A DNA stretch of 64,000 bases from Candidatus Hydrothermarchaeota archaeon (GTDB lineage Archaea > CAYFZR01), in NCBI GenBank assembly GCA_046760505.1, contig JBHIEG010000006.1, positions 9,212-73,211 of the forward strand, in the 5' to 3' direction. Shown here one piece after another: positions 9,094-19,087 of this stretch. The notes beneath the pieces are model-generated. The model was not told the origin of the DNA, did not search any database, and saw nothing but the letters and a program-made list of their open reading frames with translations. The stretch's first letter is position 1, and every line of letters begins with the position of its first letter. A program made the translations under genes and the position numbers.

Positions 9094-10291
9094 TTATTCT
9101 TGCATCTCCCCTGCAAATCAAGAAAATGGCGGCATACGAAGGTAAAACTGCCTCTTCCTCCTCAAATGGTCCAAATGATTCTTCTTTCAGATTGAACTCG
9201 GGTGCCCTTCTTATCCAGACTTTAATCGGTTTATCATCGAATACAACAGCGTTAGAGAACGGATCAAAGTCTGGGAGTTCTTCTAGACTTAATTTCTTCG
9301 CTAACAAGCCTGTTTTTCCATGCAAAGATTCTGGAAGTCTAATAAGTCTTTTTATGTCTGTTGTTACTAATTGATCAATTTCTGATCCAAGGTTAACGGA
9401 AACGATGCTCTTTAGGTAATCGAATACCTTGGTATCGATCATTATTTGCCAGTATCCCTTTTTTATTCCTGTTATCAGTTCATCTCTGTACTCATTTATT
9501 CTCTTCAATGTTTTATCGTCTAGGTCGATATTAAATTTTTCTGGATCTTCAAGAAATTCGATCATACCTTCGGCTATTCTTCCATACCATCCAGCATCAG
9601 ATGGTTTAGGTCCTATTAGAATTTCCTTTCCTCTTTTTGTGCTTGTATTTAAATTGCGCTTAGATTTAAGTATACTTTGGAGCTCTAAGCCTTCTCCCAT
9701 GATGTACTCAACAATTTCCCTTCTTTCTCTTTGTCCGATATGAAATATATTTGGATTCAAAACATGTACATGATAGCCTCTCTGCCCAGAAAAGTTTATG
9801 TTTATATCTTCATCTGAAAAGCCAAAATCTCCAATCAGAAATTCATTTACAAGATTTATGGTTTCATTTTTAACCTTTTCCATGCATTCTTCACATAACC
9901 ATTTTTTTTCTATCATTTTTCCGCCGCATCTTTTGCAGATTTCTTTTTTTCGTGACATGTATCCGCATTTACACTCGAAGTAGTCATGTTTTTCCTTGCA
10001 TCTTGTTTTTATGTGATCAGCATCCAGATCAAACACAAGTTCTGCCCCATTCCAAAATTTGTCCTCCATTTTTTGAGCATCCGGATATTTATAGAATGCT
10101 GTGGAGTAATATAAGTCCCTTGGACACTCTTTCTTTAGAAAATTTAAAAAGTATGAGGCTTTTTTAAATGCTAGATGTCTTTTCATTATGCCATCGAAGG
10201 AAACGAATGCCCATTCTCTCTCGCTATAAGATAATGGCAATTTGGGAGGGTTTTTTTTGTAGTATTCACAGAATTTTTTTCTCGGAAGCAT
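9071..10291 (-). CDS. priS: DNA primase small (catalytic) subunit PriS
   Basis: FDLDADH and SGQRGYHVHV catalytic motifs plus an inserted Cys-rich zinc motif. SD GAGG plus 7 nt before the ATG. Confidence 0.9.
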   Translation of the reverse strand: MLPRKKFCEYYKKNPPKLPLSYSEREWAFVSFDGIMKRHLAFKKASYFLNFLKKECPRDLYYSTAFYKYPDAQKMEDKFWNGAELVFDLDADHIKTRCKEKHDYFECKCGYMSRKKEICKRCGGKMIEKKWLCEECMEKVKNETINLVNEFLIGDFGFSDEDININFSGQRGYHVHVLNPNIFHIGQRERREIVEYIMGEGLELQSILKSKRNLNTSTKRGKEILIGPKPSDAGWYGRIAEGMIEFLEDPEKFNIDLDDKTLKRINEYRDELITGIKKGYWQIMIDTKVFDYLKSIVSVNLGSEIDQLVTTDIKRLIRLPESLHGKTGLLAKKLSLEELPDFDPFSNAVVFDDKPIKVWIRRAPEFNLKEESFGPFEEEEAVLPSYAAIFLICRGDARINEKNGNN

Positions 10292-11273
10292 CCATACGCC
10301 TCTTGTAGTACGTTAGCGGATGTTTCACTCCCTTACAAAAATCATTTTCCATACAAAGTTGAAAGGTCTTGAGGGTACTGCAAGCAGGAGGAGAATAAAC
10401 AGTTCCAGAGCCTCTCATTCCTGAGATGTGTTCTACCTGATACACTGTTTTTTTCTCCTCAAAATCAAGTGATTTTGTAAATATGCTTATGATATCTTCT
10501 TTTTTCATTCCTATATTTAAAAGGAACGTTACCAGGGCAAATCTACCCATATGTGAGATGTTCTCTCCTGCATTTATTCCGGACATCAGGGACTTGATGC
10601 AAGGGGGGAACCCGTACGGAGAAACTTTCCCATATATTTCTTTTTCGAACTTTTTCTTGTTTTTTGATATTATTTTCTTAATAGGAAGTGCATACTTCTC
10701 TAATTCTCCAGATATCTGTTCTGGAATCGGAATCGGTAGTTTCGATTGAATGTAAAATCTTATCTTTTCCTGTAATATTCTACAGAATTCAAATTTTGAT
10801 AGCTCAATGTATCCTTTTTTCATTTTATGTGCTATCAATTTATACTTTGGATCGTTTCTCAGGATGTTGGTAAGTTCCAGAAAATCCACAAAGTATAGCA
10901 GAAAGTCTTGATTCAAACGTGCATTTACTCTTAAAGAGGATGCTATTTCAATTAGTTTTTCTTTATTCAGGCTTTTCAAATAAATGTGCGCCTGTTTAGC
11001 CTCAAAGAGAGCATATCTTCTTATAAGATACTCATCGTTTATATGCGAGACCAGTAGATTAGAAAAAATATATGAAAGTAATTTGTTGAGATCTAAGGGT
11101 TCTTTTTCAATCCTTTCCCTTTCTAATGCTCTTATTAATCTAATTTGAGCATTTCTCCTAATTCCTTCGTAAGCTCTTGAAGTTATAAGTGAATCCAAAG
11201 GGATATCTAATCTTTCTATGTATCTCTTTGCCTCTGGAATAAAGGGAAATCTATAGAGGTGTCTTTCGTCCAT
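10266..11273 (-). CDS. priL: DNA primase large subunit PriL
   Basis: FPPCIKSLMSG and C-terminal Cys ligands (CSTLKTFQLC...FCKG) of the Fe-S domain. Confidence 0.85.
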   Translation of the reverse strand: MDERHLYRFPFIPEAKRYIERLDIPLDSLITSRAYEGIRRNAQIRLIRALERERIEKEPLDLNKLLSYIFSNLLVSHINDEYLIRRYALFEAKQAHIYLKSLNKEKLIEIASSLRVNARLNQDFLLYFVDFLELTNILRNDPKYKLIAHKMKKGYIELSKFEFCRILQEKIRFYIQSKLPIPIPEQISGELEKYALPIKKIISKNKKKFEKEIYGKVSPYGFPPCIKSLMSGINAGENISHMGRFALVTFLLNIGMKKEDIISIFTKSLDFEEKKTVYQVEHISGMRGSGTVYSPPACSTLKTFQLCMENDFCKGVKHPLTYYKRRMDASEKKIL

Positions 11274-11274
11274 T

Positions 11275-12024
11275 TTATCCAGATTCTACCCTTGGAGCTA
11301 AGAGGTAGGTAATGTTGCCGTTTGGTATATCAAACCTGAGTTCAAGCGGCAAATCTGTTCCAAGACTGAGCTTTACCGTATCCGTAGTTGGAACAGGTAC
11401 CATCATGTTTTGGAGGTAGTCCACGTTGAACATGGATTTGGCGTTTTTCTTGACATCTAGGTCTATCAGACCCTCAGATTCTCTATCCAATTCTATATCC
11501 AGCTCTCCTAAGTCGCCCCAAGATCTCATCGATAGTTTCTCAGAATCTACCTCGAAAACCAAGAGATCCCCCACAATTCTTGCATCGTTTATTGCATTTT
11601 TGAGAACTTCTGATCTGATTTCAACGAAAGCATCGAACTCTAGGTTTGGAACCTTGAATTCTGATTCAGGCATATCAAGGAGAGGAAGCGTAAAACTTCT
11701 TCTCGAGGCTCCCTCAAATGTGAGTGTGAAAAGATTTTTTTTCTCGTCAGATTCAATTTTCAAGAGGTCTTCTGGCTGAGCTCTTCTTAGAATTGTCTTT
11801 AGTCTCTCTAAATCCAGACCAATGACCCTTTCTTCGTCGATTTCGTATTTATCAAAGGCTTCTTTGTGCAGGTCTAGCATTATCATTGCCACGTGAGGGG
11901 GATCCATGGCGCGTACCTTAATTCCTTCTTCAGTTATGTGGAATGCACCTTCATCAATTATCTGCGAAATAGCGTCTATTACAAGTCTAAACGTCTTTAT
12001 ATCATTAATATCTATTCTAAACAA
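11275..12024 (-). CDS. pcn: PCNA sliding clamp
   Basis: 249 aa with a two-domain clamp pattern. TTG start 7 nt after the GGAGG core. Confidence 0.85.
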   Translation of the reverse strand: MFRIDINDIKTFRLVIDAISQIIDEGAFHITEEGIKVRAMDPPHVAMIMLDLHKEAFDKYEIDEERVIGLDLERLKTILRRAQPEDLLKIESDEKKNLFTLTFEGASRRSFTLPLLDMPESEFKVPNLEFDAFVEIRSEVLKNAINDARIVGDLLVFEVDSEKLSMRSWGDLGELDIELDRESEGLIDLDVKKNAKSMFNVDYLQNMMVPVPTTDTVKLSLGTDLPLELRFDIPNGNITYLLAPRVESG

Positions 12025-12360
12025 TTAATTACCTCCCATTGCTTTCTTGAAAATTTCTACTGCGCGTTTATAGAGATCAAAATCTAAATTTTCCATTAAT
12101 TGTATAGCTTCACCCCTTATTTCTACTTTTTCCCCTATCAAAGGTGTTCCAAAAACCCTGACAAAATCTTTTACATTCACTTCGGGAGAGAAATCAAACC
12201 TCACTAGAACAGAGCCGCTTCCATCATCTAGTAAGATTGAATTTGTCTCTTCTTCTTTGTAGAGAACTACACCAAACAACATAACCCTAGAGTCATCCTC
12301 TATTTCATTTATCTTAATCATTTTGGCAGGCAGTTTCCAGTCTTTAAAAGATTTTGACAC
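12025..12360 (-). CDS. Small OB-fold protein (RPA small-subunit-like)
   Basis: VMLFGVVLYKEE...LLDDGSGSVLVRF...VRVFG beta-rich pattern. GTG 12360 lies 7 nt after GGAGGG and overlaps the tfs stop (TAGTG). Confidence 0.45.
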   Translation of the reverse strand: MSKSFKDWKLPAKMIKINEIEDDSRVMLFGVVLYKEEETNSILLDDGSGSVLVRFDFSPEVNVKDFVRVFGTPLIGEKVEIRGEAIQLMENLDFDLYKRAVEIFKKAMGGN

Positions 12361-12692
12361 TAGTATTCCCTCCAAGTATAATGACACTTGCTACATCTAT
12401 AAAATCTTGTCTCTGGCTCATCGCTAGATCTAGTTTGCCTAATCCACCAGTAAGCAGTGTCGTTTCCACATTCCTTGCATGGGATCTTTGTACTTGGCAG
12501 CGCGGGGACTTCTTCGATTACTGGAATCTTTTCTTCTCTTCCCAATTTGTTGTCTTCAGACCTGTATTCTTTCCGTATGTGCGCATATTTATTTGAGATT
12601 TCTCGTGAGTCACATCTGCGACAATAAAGTATTACTTTCTCCTCTTCTTTTGTAATCTCCATCAATGTTCCGCATTGTTTGCAGAATTCCAT
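12360..12692 (-). CDS. tfs: Transcription factor S (TFS, RpoM-like)
   Basis: N-terminal CKQCG...CRRC ribbon and C-terminal CKECGNDTAYWWIRQTRSSDEPETRFYRCSKCHYTWREY with the acidic DE hairpin. TAG stop. Confidence 0.9.
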   Translation of the reverse strand: MEFCKQCGTLMEITKEEEKVILYCRRCDSREISNKYAHIRKEYRSEDNKLGREEKIPVIEEVPALPSTKIPCKECGNDTAYWWIRQTRSSDEPETRFYRCSKCHYTWREY

Positions 12693-13111
12693 CTAAACAC
12701 CTTAAAATCCTCTACAATTTTGCCGTGGTCAAACGCTAATTCAGGGAGATCTTCTATGTTGAACCATTTTGCCTCACTTGCATCTGTAGTTGGTAAAAAT
12801 TCTTGAGTAATTGGCTCGAGCACATAAACAATGGAGACCATATGTCCCCTGGGATCCCTCTTTGGATCAGAGTAGACCCCAAATAGCATGTCTATTTTGC
12901 AATCCAAGCCAGTCTCTTCCTTGACTTCTCTTAAAACTGCTTTCTCTACACTTTCTCCGCATTCTACAAATCCGCCGGGAAGTGCCCAGGATCCTTTGTA
13001 GGGTTCTTTTTTCCGTTTTATTAGTACTATCTCGTTTTCCTTTAAGACAATTCCATCTACTGTTAGGGCAGGAGCCTTAAATTTGCCGCAAACACATGGA
13101 CATTTAATCAT
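12662..13111 (-). CDS. NUDIX hydrolase
   Basis: Nudix box GGFVECGESVEKAVLREVKEETGL. Confidence 0.85.
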   Translation of the reverse strand: MIKCPCVCGKFKAPALTVDGIVLKENEIVLIKRKKEPYKGSWALPGGFVECGESVEKAVLREVKEETGLDCKIDMLFGVYSDPKRDPRGHMVSIVYVLEPITQEFLPTTDASEAKWFNIEDLPELAFDHGKIVEDFKVFRWNSANNAEH

Positions 13112-13539
13112 GGAATTAACCTCTTTACCTTAAGCAAGATGAGTTTCAAATAACCGACTTTTGGGATGGATATTATTACTTTCCCTATTATCCAGTCCGG
13201 CTTAACCTTCCATGGATCTGCTTGCTTATTGTGGTCCCCCCTCGTCCTAAGGGTATTGTCAGGGTAAATTTTGGTGACGCGATGCACTATTGGTATAGAG
13301 AATCCAGGCGGTCTAAAAACTATGATGTCTCCCTCTTTTATGGTTGTAATGTTCGCTCCTTTGACAATAAGTAGATCTCCCGGATAGTAGACTGGAATCA
13401 TACTGTCACTTGCTACAGCAACCATTGGCGTTTCTGTATTGAGTGCATATGAAAGCCCTTGGTTGAAAAAGAAGCCTACTAGTATGCCTATTATTGCATA
13501 TAACAAAATCTCCTTTACAGTACCCTTCTTATTTTCCAT
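13108..13539 (-). CDS. Signal peptidase I, archaeal Sec11 type
   Basis: N-terminal TM helix, SDSM (catalytic Ser), GDLLIV and HRV motifs. Confidence 0.8.
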   Translation of the reverse strand: MENKKGTVKEILLYAIIGILVGFFFNQGLSYALNTETPMVAVASDSMIPVYYPGDLLIVKGANITTIKEGDIIVFRPPGFSIPIVHRVTKIYPDNTLRTRGDHNKQADPWKVKPDWIIGKVIISIPKVGYLKLILLKVKRLIP

Positions 13540-14169
13540 TTATGCTCGCCCCATGGATTCTCCAAGCGTGACTCCTCTCGCTATTATATGTGCTAGCCTT
13601 ATAGGCTCTGGAACGACCCCTCTGTAAAGGGAAAGTTTAACCAGATTTATGGCTGCTTCTTTAGATACGCCGTAAGATTGGAGGTATATCTTGCTTCTTT
13701 TGTAGTTAAATATAAATATGTTCCCGGCTCTCTTTACTCTATCCCATCTTTTCTTTGCATCATCAAACTGCTCTAGAGCCTTCTTCATAGATTCCATGTC
13801 TGGTTTCTTCCTCATAACTACAATAATTGGTAATTCCGTCTTTTCACCAAGTTCTGTGATGTCTACTATGTTAAATCCTCCTAAAGTGATTCCTTTGAGC
13901 ATTATTACTCTAATCTGTTCGTAGTGTCTCGAATTTAGGACAAGGGAAGTAAGTCTTTCTGTTGCATCATCTCCATCTACTGTAACTTTTGTGCTTATGA
14001 CTCCATCCAAGTGATGTTTTCTCGTTACCGCTCCCACAACGAGAACTTCTTTGTCATCAAATGTGAATGGCGCATCATCGAATCCCAACATCCTTATTTC
14101 TTCTTTTATATGGGAAAAATCAGTTGTCATTTTTTTCAATAGCCTCCTTGATGGCTTTTTCGATCGCAT
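13540..14169 (-). CDS. DUF99/UPF0215 family protein (endonuclease dU-like)
   Basis: MLGFDDAPF core motif. The true start (14169, 14130 or 14091) is unresolved. Confidence 0.65.
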   Translation of the reverse strand: MRSKKPSRRLLKKMTTDFSHIKEEIRMLGFDDAPFTFDDKEVLVVGAVTRKHHLDGVISTKVTVDGDDATERLTSLVLNSRHYEQIRVIMLKGITLGGFNIVDITELGEKTELPIIVVMRKKPDMESMKKALEQFDDAKKRWDRVKRAGNIFIFNYKRSKIYLQSYGVSKEAAINLVKLSLYRGVVPEPIRLAHIIARGVTLGESMGRA

Positions 14170-14815
14170 TCATGTGAAACTTTCCAGCAAGATGTATTGG
14201 ACTTTCCCCCTTAACTATATCCATGCCTCTTTTTGACCTACATGGATAGTACTGAGTGTATAATCCGGCAAGTCTTGGTGCCTGACTTACATCTTTTCCC
14301 ACTAAATTTTCAGCTACGAACCATGATGCCCCACATGGAGATCCTTTAATCACTGTTATTTCTTTGATGGTATCATCTTCTAACTTTATCTTGTACTTTG
14401 GGAAGCCAAATTCCTTTGCGAATCTATCGTATTCTTTTATTCCTTTGGGAACGAGACTGCAGCATGTAAGAGGTACTATTATGCTAAGGTCTTTCCTCTT
14501 ATTTTTAAGGTAGAGCGCGGATTCATCTTCCTTTGGTATCAAAAATGTTTTAACTCCCTGTTTTGATCCGATGTCTACTATGTATGATGTAAGGTCAGGG
14601 TGTAGAGAATAGGTGAAAACCATGTCCACATCTTTGAAGTAATCGGGAAAATCCTCAGGAAAATATTCCTCTGGATGCTCTATAAAGGAGGGAACTTCTT
14701 TGGGAAGTGAGAACTTTTTAACAACCGAGACATTTCTTCCATATTTATTTATGGTCTCTTCAACTCTTTCTCCGTACTTGCCACGCAAAATAAGAAGTAT
14801 TTTTAATTTATCCAC
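14120..14815 (-). CDS. Conserved archaeal Cys-containing protein, DUF166-like
   Basis: About 231 aa with LTCCSL, GSPCGASWF and YPCRS motifs. GTG 14815 lies 6 nt after GAGGT and overlaps the cooC stop. Family assignment is from memory only. Confidence 0.4.
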   Translation of the reverse strand: MDKLKILLILRGKYGERVEETINKYGRNVSVVKKFSLPKEVPSFIEHPEEYFPEDFPDYFKDVDMVFTYSLHPDLTSYIVDIGSKQGVKTFLIPKEDESALYLKNKRKDLSIIVPLTCCSLVPKGIKEYDRFAKEFGFPKYKIKLEDDTIKEITVIKGSPCGASWFVAENLVGKDVSQAPRLAGLYTQYYPCRSKRGMDIVKGESPIHLAGKFHMNAIEKAIKEAIEKNDN

Positions 14816-15554
14816 CAATAGACCTCAGTATAGCCTTTATCGACTCAACTGAGATGGAATTTTTATTTAGATCGTATGGAGACTTTCCTTGGATATCAGC
14901 ATTTACAATGTTCTCATCGTAGGGAATCGATCCTAGGAGAGGCATATCAATAGAACTTTTTATGAATTCGATCTGCTCATCGTGAGTTATTTTGTTTGCT
15001 ACCGCTGCAATATTTTTTATTCCGATCCCTTTGGACAATTCTTTTATCCTGTTTGCCGTGTCTATGGATCTTTGTCCAGGCTCAACTATCACTACCATCA
15101 AATCAACATTTTCAGCTGTTCTTCTTCCCAGATGCTCTATGCCTGCTTCCATGTCCAGGATCACCCAGTCTTCCTCCTTCAGTATTAGATGTCTAAGTAA
15201 TGCGCGTAGAAATGTACTTTCTGGACATACACACCCTGATCCACCGGTTTCAACCGTACCCATAACAAGAAGCCTTATTTTGTTCTTTTTTATGCTAAAA
15301 TTATCCAAGACATCATTTACCTTTGGATTCAGCCTGTATAGACCAGATCCCATCACGGTTCTTTCTTCTATCAACTCTTTTAGCTTTGAGACCGGGGTTG
15401 GTAATTCTGAGATTCCAAGGCTTGTGTGCAAGTTCATATCCGGATCTGCATCTATTGCTATTACATTCTTTCCTTCTTCGTCAAGTATTCTTGCAAGTAT
15501 TCCGGAAAAGGTTGTTTTGCCGGTCCCCCCTTTACCGGCGACTGCAATTTTCAA
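14808..15554 (-). CDS. cooC: CooC-type Ni-insertion ATPase (second copy)
   Basis: KIAVAGKGGTGKTT P-loop and the CxC motif (GSGCVCPE) typical of CooC. TTG start after AGGTGATC. Confidence 0.85.
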   Translation of the reverse strand: MKIAVAGKGGTGKTTFSGILARILDEEGKNVIAIDADPDMNLHTSLGISELPTPVSKLKELIEERTVMGSGLYRLNPKVNDVLDNFSIKKNKIRLLVMGTVETGGSGCVCPESTFLRALLRHLILKEEDWVILDMEAGIEHLGRRTAENVDLMVVIVEPGQRSIDTANRIKELSKGIGIKNIAAVANKITHDEQIEFIKSSIDMPLLGSIPYDENIVNADIQGKSPYDLNKNSISVESIKAILRSIGG

Positions 15555-15582
15555 AAGATCACCTAAATTTAATAAAAAAAGG

Positions 15583-16983
15583 TTACTTCAGTTCCAAAGT
15601 CGATACAAGCTTTGGTATTCCGCTAGAATCCCTTGGACCTACCACTACTTTCCAACCGGATATGTCTTCAAGTTCTCCCGTTATACGCGCGGCCATTCCA
15701 GGTATTACAATAGTCCTGTGTTTTACCTTCTCCTCTATTTTTGTCTCGTCCATTGTCTCCTTAACCCTTGACGCATTTAATTGCCCCCCTGCAACCGCAG
15801 ATTCTACGCCAATTCCCTCTGTATCTACAACAAGGAGCCAACAGTCTATGTTTCCAGATTCTATATCACTTGCTACCGTGTAGTAAGTGAGCGCAAAGTT
15901 CGTGGTGAACATGACCGGAGACATATCTGTTGGCGATCCTATTTCCTTCAATCCAGGTTCTACGGATACGGGTCTTCTGGGGTCTGTGTATAGGTTCTCC
16001 CTAAGCGTTATCAACGGTATGATCATCCAAGGCTCGATGCAATGGAGTATCATGAGATCACTAAAGTTTACTAAACAAATATTAGATACAATAGCCTCTA
16101 AATTTGCTTTTGTAATATCATCTCCTTCCGTTAACCATGCAACTGCTGGAACTGTCATTAGTGGAAATCCTAAGTCTTTTTGTCCTTCCTCTATGGCTGC
16201 TCTTCTTAGCATTACCAGATTGTTTACCGTGGTGCTTATTCCTTCTCCTTGAGGGTATGTTCCGGGATCCAATACGATTTCTTCAATTCCCATTGCTAGT
16301 AAGGCTCTCGTAATAGATCTCATTAATTCAAGGTCATTTGGAGCGAATACCGCCAAAGGCACGTTGTATTTTAGCGCTAACTTGCCGACTTCCTCCCAAT
16401 TTTCCCTTGTTGCAGCGTATATCAAAGGCCTTCTATCCTTAACAACTTCTAAGCCCGCTTCTAAGATTTTGGGATCGAATGAACAGAGTATTAGCGGTAT
16501 TTTCACATTATCTGCAACTGTTTTCACTGCCTTCTTGAATTTTTCTGCATCTTTGCTCACGCTTCTTATGGCAACCATTTCTAACTTCAATATCATCCCT
16601 ATGTATTCCTTTGTAAAGTCCTGAGCAAACTTGGAACGCTTTATTATCTCATCTTCTTTCATTTCATCCGTAACTTCTATTGCTATGGCTGTTTTGTTAT
16701 AATATGTTAATTCATGTCTGTAGAGTACTTCTTCTCCTCCTATGAGAACCTGATTATCACCAACTCCTACTCTCACTAACGAAACAAGAGGTGCAAGGTA
16801 ATCCTTTAGTTTCTCAAGTTTTTCCTTATATTTTGGCTCCTTCATGTATGGACAGTCTTCTATATCCTTTGTGCGTTCAATCAATTGGGCTGCGAATGCC
16901 ATACATGTGTTGAATCCGCAATCTCCACAGTTTGTTTGAGGAAGAAACTGATATGCTTCCAGAGGGCTTTTTACCTTAACCAT
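15583..16983 (-). CDS. cdhE: Acetyl-CoA decarbonylase/synthase gamma subunit (corrinoid Fe-S protein, large)
   Basis: N-terminal [4Fe-4S] motif NCGDCGFNTCMAFA. 466 aa. AGGAGGT plus 7 nt before the ATG. Confidence 0.9.
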   Translation of the reverse strand: MVKVKSPLEAYQFLPQTNCGDCGFNTCMAFAAQLIERTKDIEDCPYMKEPKYKEKLEKLKDYLAPLVSLVRVGVGDNQVLIGGEEVLYRHELTYYNKTAIAIEVTDEMKEDEIIKRSKFAQDFTKEYIGMILKLEMVAIRSVSKDAEKFKKAVKTVADNVKIPLILCSFDPKILEAGLEVVKDRRPLIYAATRENWEEVGKLALKYNVPLAVFAPNDLELMRSITRALLAMGIEEIVLDPGTYPQGEGISTTVNNLVMLRRAAIEEGQKDLGFPLMTVPAVAWLTEGDDITKANLEAIVSNICLVNFSDLMILHCIEPWMIIPLITLRENLYTDPRRPVSVEPGLKEIGSPTDMSPVMFTTNFALTYYTVASDIESGNIDCWLLVVDTEGIGVESAVAGGQLNASRVKETMDETKIEEKVKHRTIVIPGMAARITGELEDISGWKVVVGPRDSSGIPKLVSTLELK

Positions 16984-16995
16984 CCTTGATACCTC

Positions 16996-18294
16996 CTAAA
17001 ACCGGGCTGATACCCAGTCTGTTATCTCTGGATATTCCTTCTCCAGCATTCCTGCTAGTTGAAGGCAGGTCTCTTTCAGGGTTTTGACTGCAAACGGATG
17101 CATCATCATGAATAGATCCCCCCCTGCCAAAGCGAGGGTCAGTCCTGTTACAACTTCCCACAGAGGACCTCTCAGTTCTCTTGGCCCCCATTCCTCTCCT
17201 TCAACGGGAGATTGTTTCATCCAAGCCTCTCTTGCTCCCCAGGCATTTGTAGTTCCGCTGGACATCGGGAAGTTTAGGTCTCTATCCCCCTTCAAACCGC
17301 TTATTCTTATCCTTTGCATGTTTGTAAAGGCATAATCCAATCCATAACCCAGAGCTGCTGTAGTAGGGTCCATAATTATCTGGTCTCTTGGAACTCCCTC
17401 TCTAAACAAGTATCTGTTTAGCGTTTTTTGATTGTTTATATCTAGCTGCGTCCATGATAAAACGACGTGCCCATAGTCTATTGCTGCCTTGGCAACTCTC
17501 TTATAATCTAGATTTAGGCTTGCAGATGCTAATAGAACTCTTTCTCCTTCCGCAACTTTTGCTGCTTCTTCTAAAACTTCTGGATCTTTCTCCGGAACTC
17601 CAGATCCCCCTACCACGATTGGCACCTTAACCGCTTGTAGTATATCTTCAACAACCTTTGCAGCCTCTTTAGAAGGCGTATCTTTTATAGCGGGATCTGT
17701 GGAGATAAGGTGTATCGTTACCATATCGGCGCCAAATTCCTTTACACACTTCTTTGCCCAATCAGATGGGTCTTCCATCACATCCTCTATGGTTGCCTTA
17801 ACAGGTCCTGCTAAGGGAATGGGCATATCAAAAACGTCTACTGTTACTACCGGAACGTTAGGATTTTTTGCCTCGAAGTTGTAAAATGGCAGAGTTTTAT
17901 GACCTCCTACCTTAATTACATAGTCTCTTGTTCCGCCATCTGATTTTGTCGCGCCAAGTGTTATCTCTTCTATCTCCTGTAGCCATTTTACCTTTGGAAT
18001 CTCAAATGTGGCTGGCTCTAAGGTAACCTTAGGTACTTCAGGAACGGCTTCAGGAGCAGTAGGAACGGTTGGAATGGTTATACTTACTCCTGTGAGTTCC
18101 TGCAAACTTTGAGCCAGTAGTTGTGCGTAATAAGCTACTTTATAGAGTGCAGGTGGAATCTGCATCTGGCCTGGCTCAATTTCAATGACCATCTCGCCAT
18201 CTTCTCCTAGTTCTATGGTCACATCTTCTAGTTCTTCAATATTAAATGTCTCTAAGATTTTTAAAAGCTCTGAGAGGTCGATTTTTTCCTCCAA
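16996..18294 (-). CDS. cdhD: Acetyl-CoA decarbonylase/synthase delta subunit (corrinoid protein, small)
   Basis: 432 aa with a TIM-barrel-like pattern. Position between cooC and cdhE. TTG start 7 nt after GAGGAGGT. Confidence 0.85.
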   Translation of the reverse strand: MEEKIDLSELLKILETFNIEELEDVTIELGEDGEMVIEIEPGQMQIPPALYKVAYYAQLLAQSLQELTGVSITIPTVPTAPEAVPEVPKVTLEPATFEIPKVKWLQEIEEITLGATKSDGGTRDYVIKVGGHKTLPFYNFEAKNPNVPVVTVDVFDMPIPLAGPVKATIEDVMEDPSDWAKKCVKEFGADMVTIHLISTDPAIKDTPSKEAAKVVEDILQAVKVPIVVGGSGVPEKDPEVLEEAAKVAEGERVLLASASLNLDYKRVAKAAIDYGHVVLSWTQLDINNQKTLNRYLFREGVPRDQIIMDPTTAALGYGLDYAFTNMQRIRISGLKGDRDLNFPMSSGTTNAWGAREAWMKQSPVEGEEWGPRELRGPLWEVVTGLTLALAGGDLFMMMHPFAVKTLKETCLQLAGMLEKEYPEITDWVSARF

Positions 18295-19059
18295 CTAATA
18301 TACCTCCTCAAGTTTATTCAGTATATCTTTAATCGCCAACATAGAGGGTGAATCTTCAGGCAATTCAACCACAGGTTTTCCTTCAAGATCATAAAGGGAA
18401 ACATTCTTGTCTTCCGGTATTACTCCAATAACCTCCAATCCAAGTTCATTTGCTTTTTTTCTTAAACTCTCTTCCATCCCCGGCAGTACTCGATTTAGAA
18501 TTACCGCCATATAATCAAACTTTATTTCAAGTTCTTTCGCTAGCTCTTTAATTCTTTCTGCTGTTTTTAAGCCTTTAACTGTAGGATCTGTAACTACCAG
18601 CAGGATATCAACGTCTCTTGTTGTTCTTCTACTCATGTGTTCGAGTCCAGCTTCAGTATCTATTACAGTGATATCGTAGTGTCTGGCGAATTTGTCTATT
18701 ATGTCTCTCAGCATATGATTTACAAGACAATAGCATCCAGGACCTTCTGGTCTTCCCATTACCAAGAGATCAAATTTTGGCCCCTCAACAACTATCTCCA
18801 TTATTTTTCCTTCTAGTAGGACGTCTTTTGAAGTTCCTGGTGGAAGCGATCGAAAGTCATCGGAGATTTTTTCTCTTATATCACCCACAGTTTTCTCAAA
18901 TTCAATACCCAATGCCTCTGGCAAGTTGGAGTCAGCGTCGGCATCAACTGCCAAGATAGATTTGGAATTTTTACTCAGTAAATGAATTAAACTAGCCGAA
19001 ACGAATGTTTTTCCGGTACCTCCTTTACCAGAGACGGCTATTACTGTACCTTTCTTCAA
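18295..19059 (-). CDS. cooC: CooC-type Ni-insertion ATPase (first copy, between cdhC and cdhD)
   Basis: VIAVSGKGGTGKTF P-loop and GPGCYC motif. TTG start after GGGGA plus 6 nt. Confidence 0.85.
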   Translation of the reverse strand: MKKGTVIAVSGKGGTGKTFVSASLIHLLSKNSKSILAVDADADSNLPEALGIEFEKTVGDIREKISDDFRSLPPGTSKDVLLEGKIMEIVVEGPKFDLLVMGRPEGPGCYCLVNHMLRDIIDKFARHYDITVIDTEAGLEHMSRRTTRDVDILLVVTDPTVKGLKTAERIKELAKELEIKFDYMAVILNRVLPGMEESLRKKANELGLEVIGVIPEDKNVSLYDLEGKPVVELPEDSPSMLAIKDILNKLEEVY

Positions 19060-19087
19060 GATGTTTCCCCTGGAAATTTGAGAGACC

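Noticed and set aside
8473-12692. Replication origin next to the replication-gene cluster
   Set aside because: There is no orc1/cdc6 gene, no intergenic space, and no ORB-like repeated elements (TTCCAGTGGAAAC-type) that I could spot. The AT-rich spacers elsewhere are short promoter regions.
14992-15771. 259-aa plus-strand ORF (with overlapping 186-aa ORF 15323-15883) spanning the cooC/cdhE junction
   Set aside because: It is antisense to two genes with unmistakable motifs. Its translation is low-complexity Ser/Pro/Phe/Leu, typical of the mirror frame of Lys/Glu/Gly-rich genes, and it has no SD or promoter.
16976-17191. 71-aa minus-strand ORF overlapping the cdhE/cdhD junction
   Set aside because: It lies in an alternative frame of cdhD's 3' end, it is Arg/Gly/Ser-rich, and it has no start context, so it is spurious.
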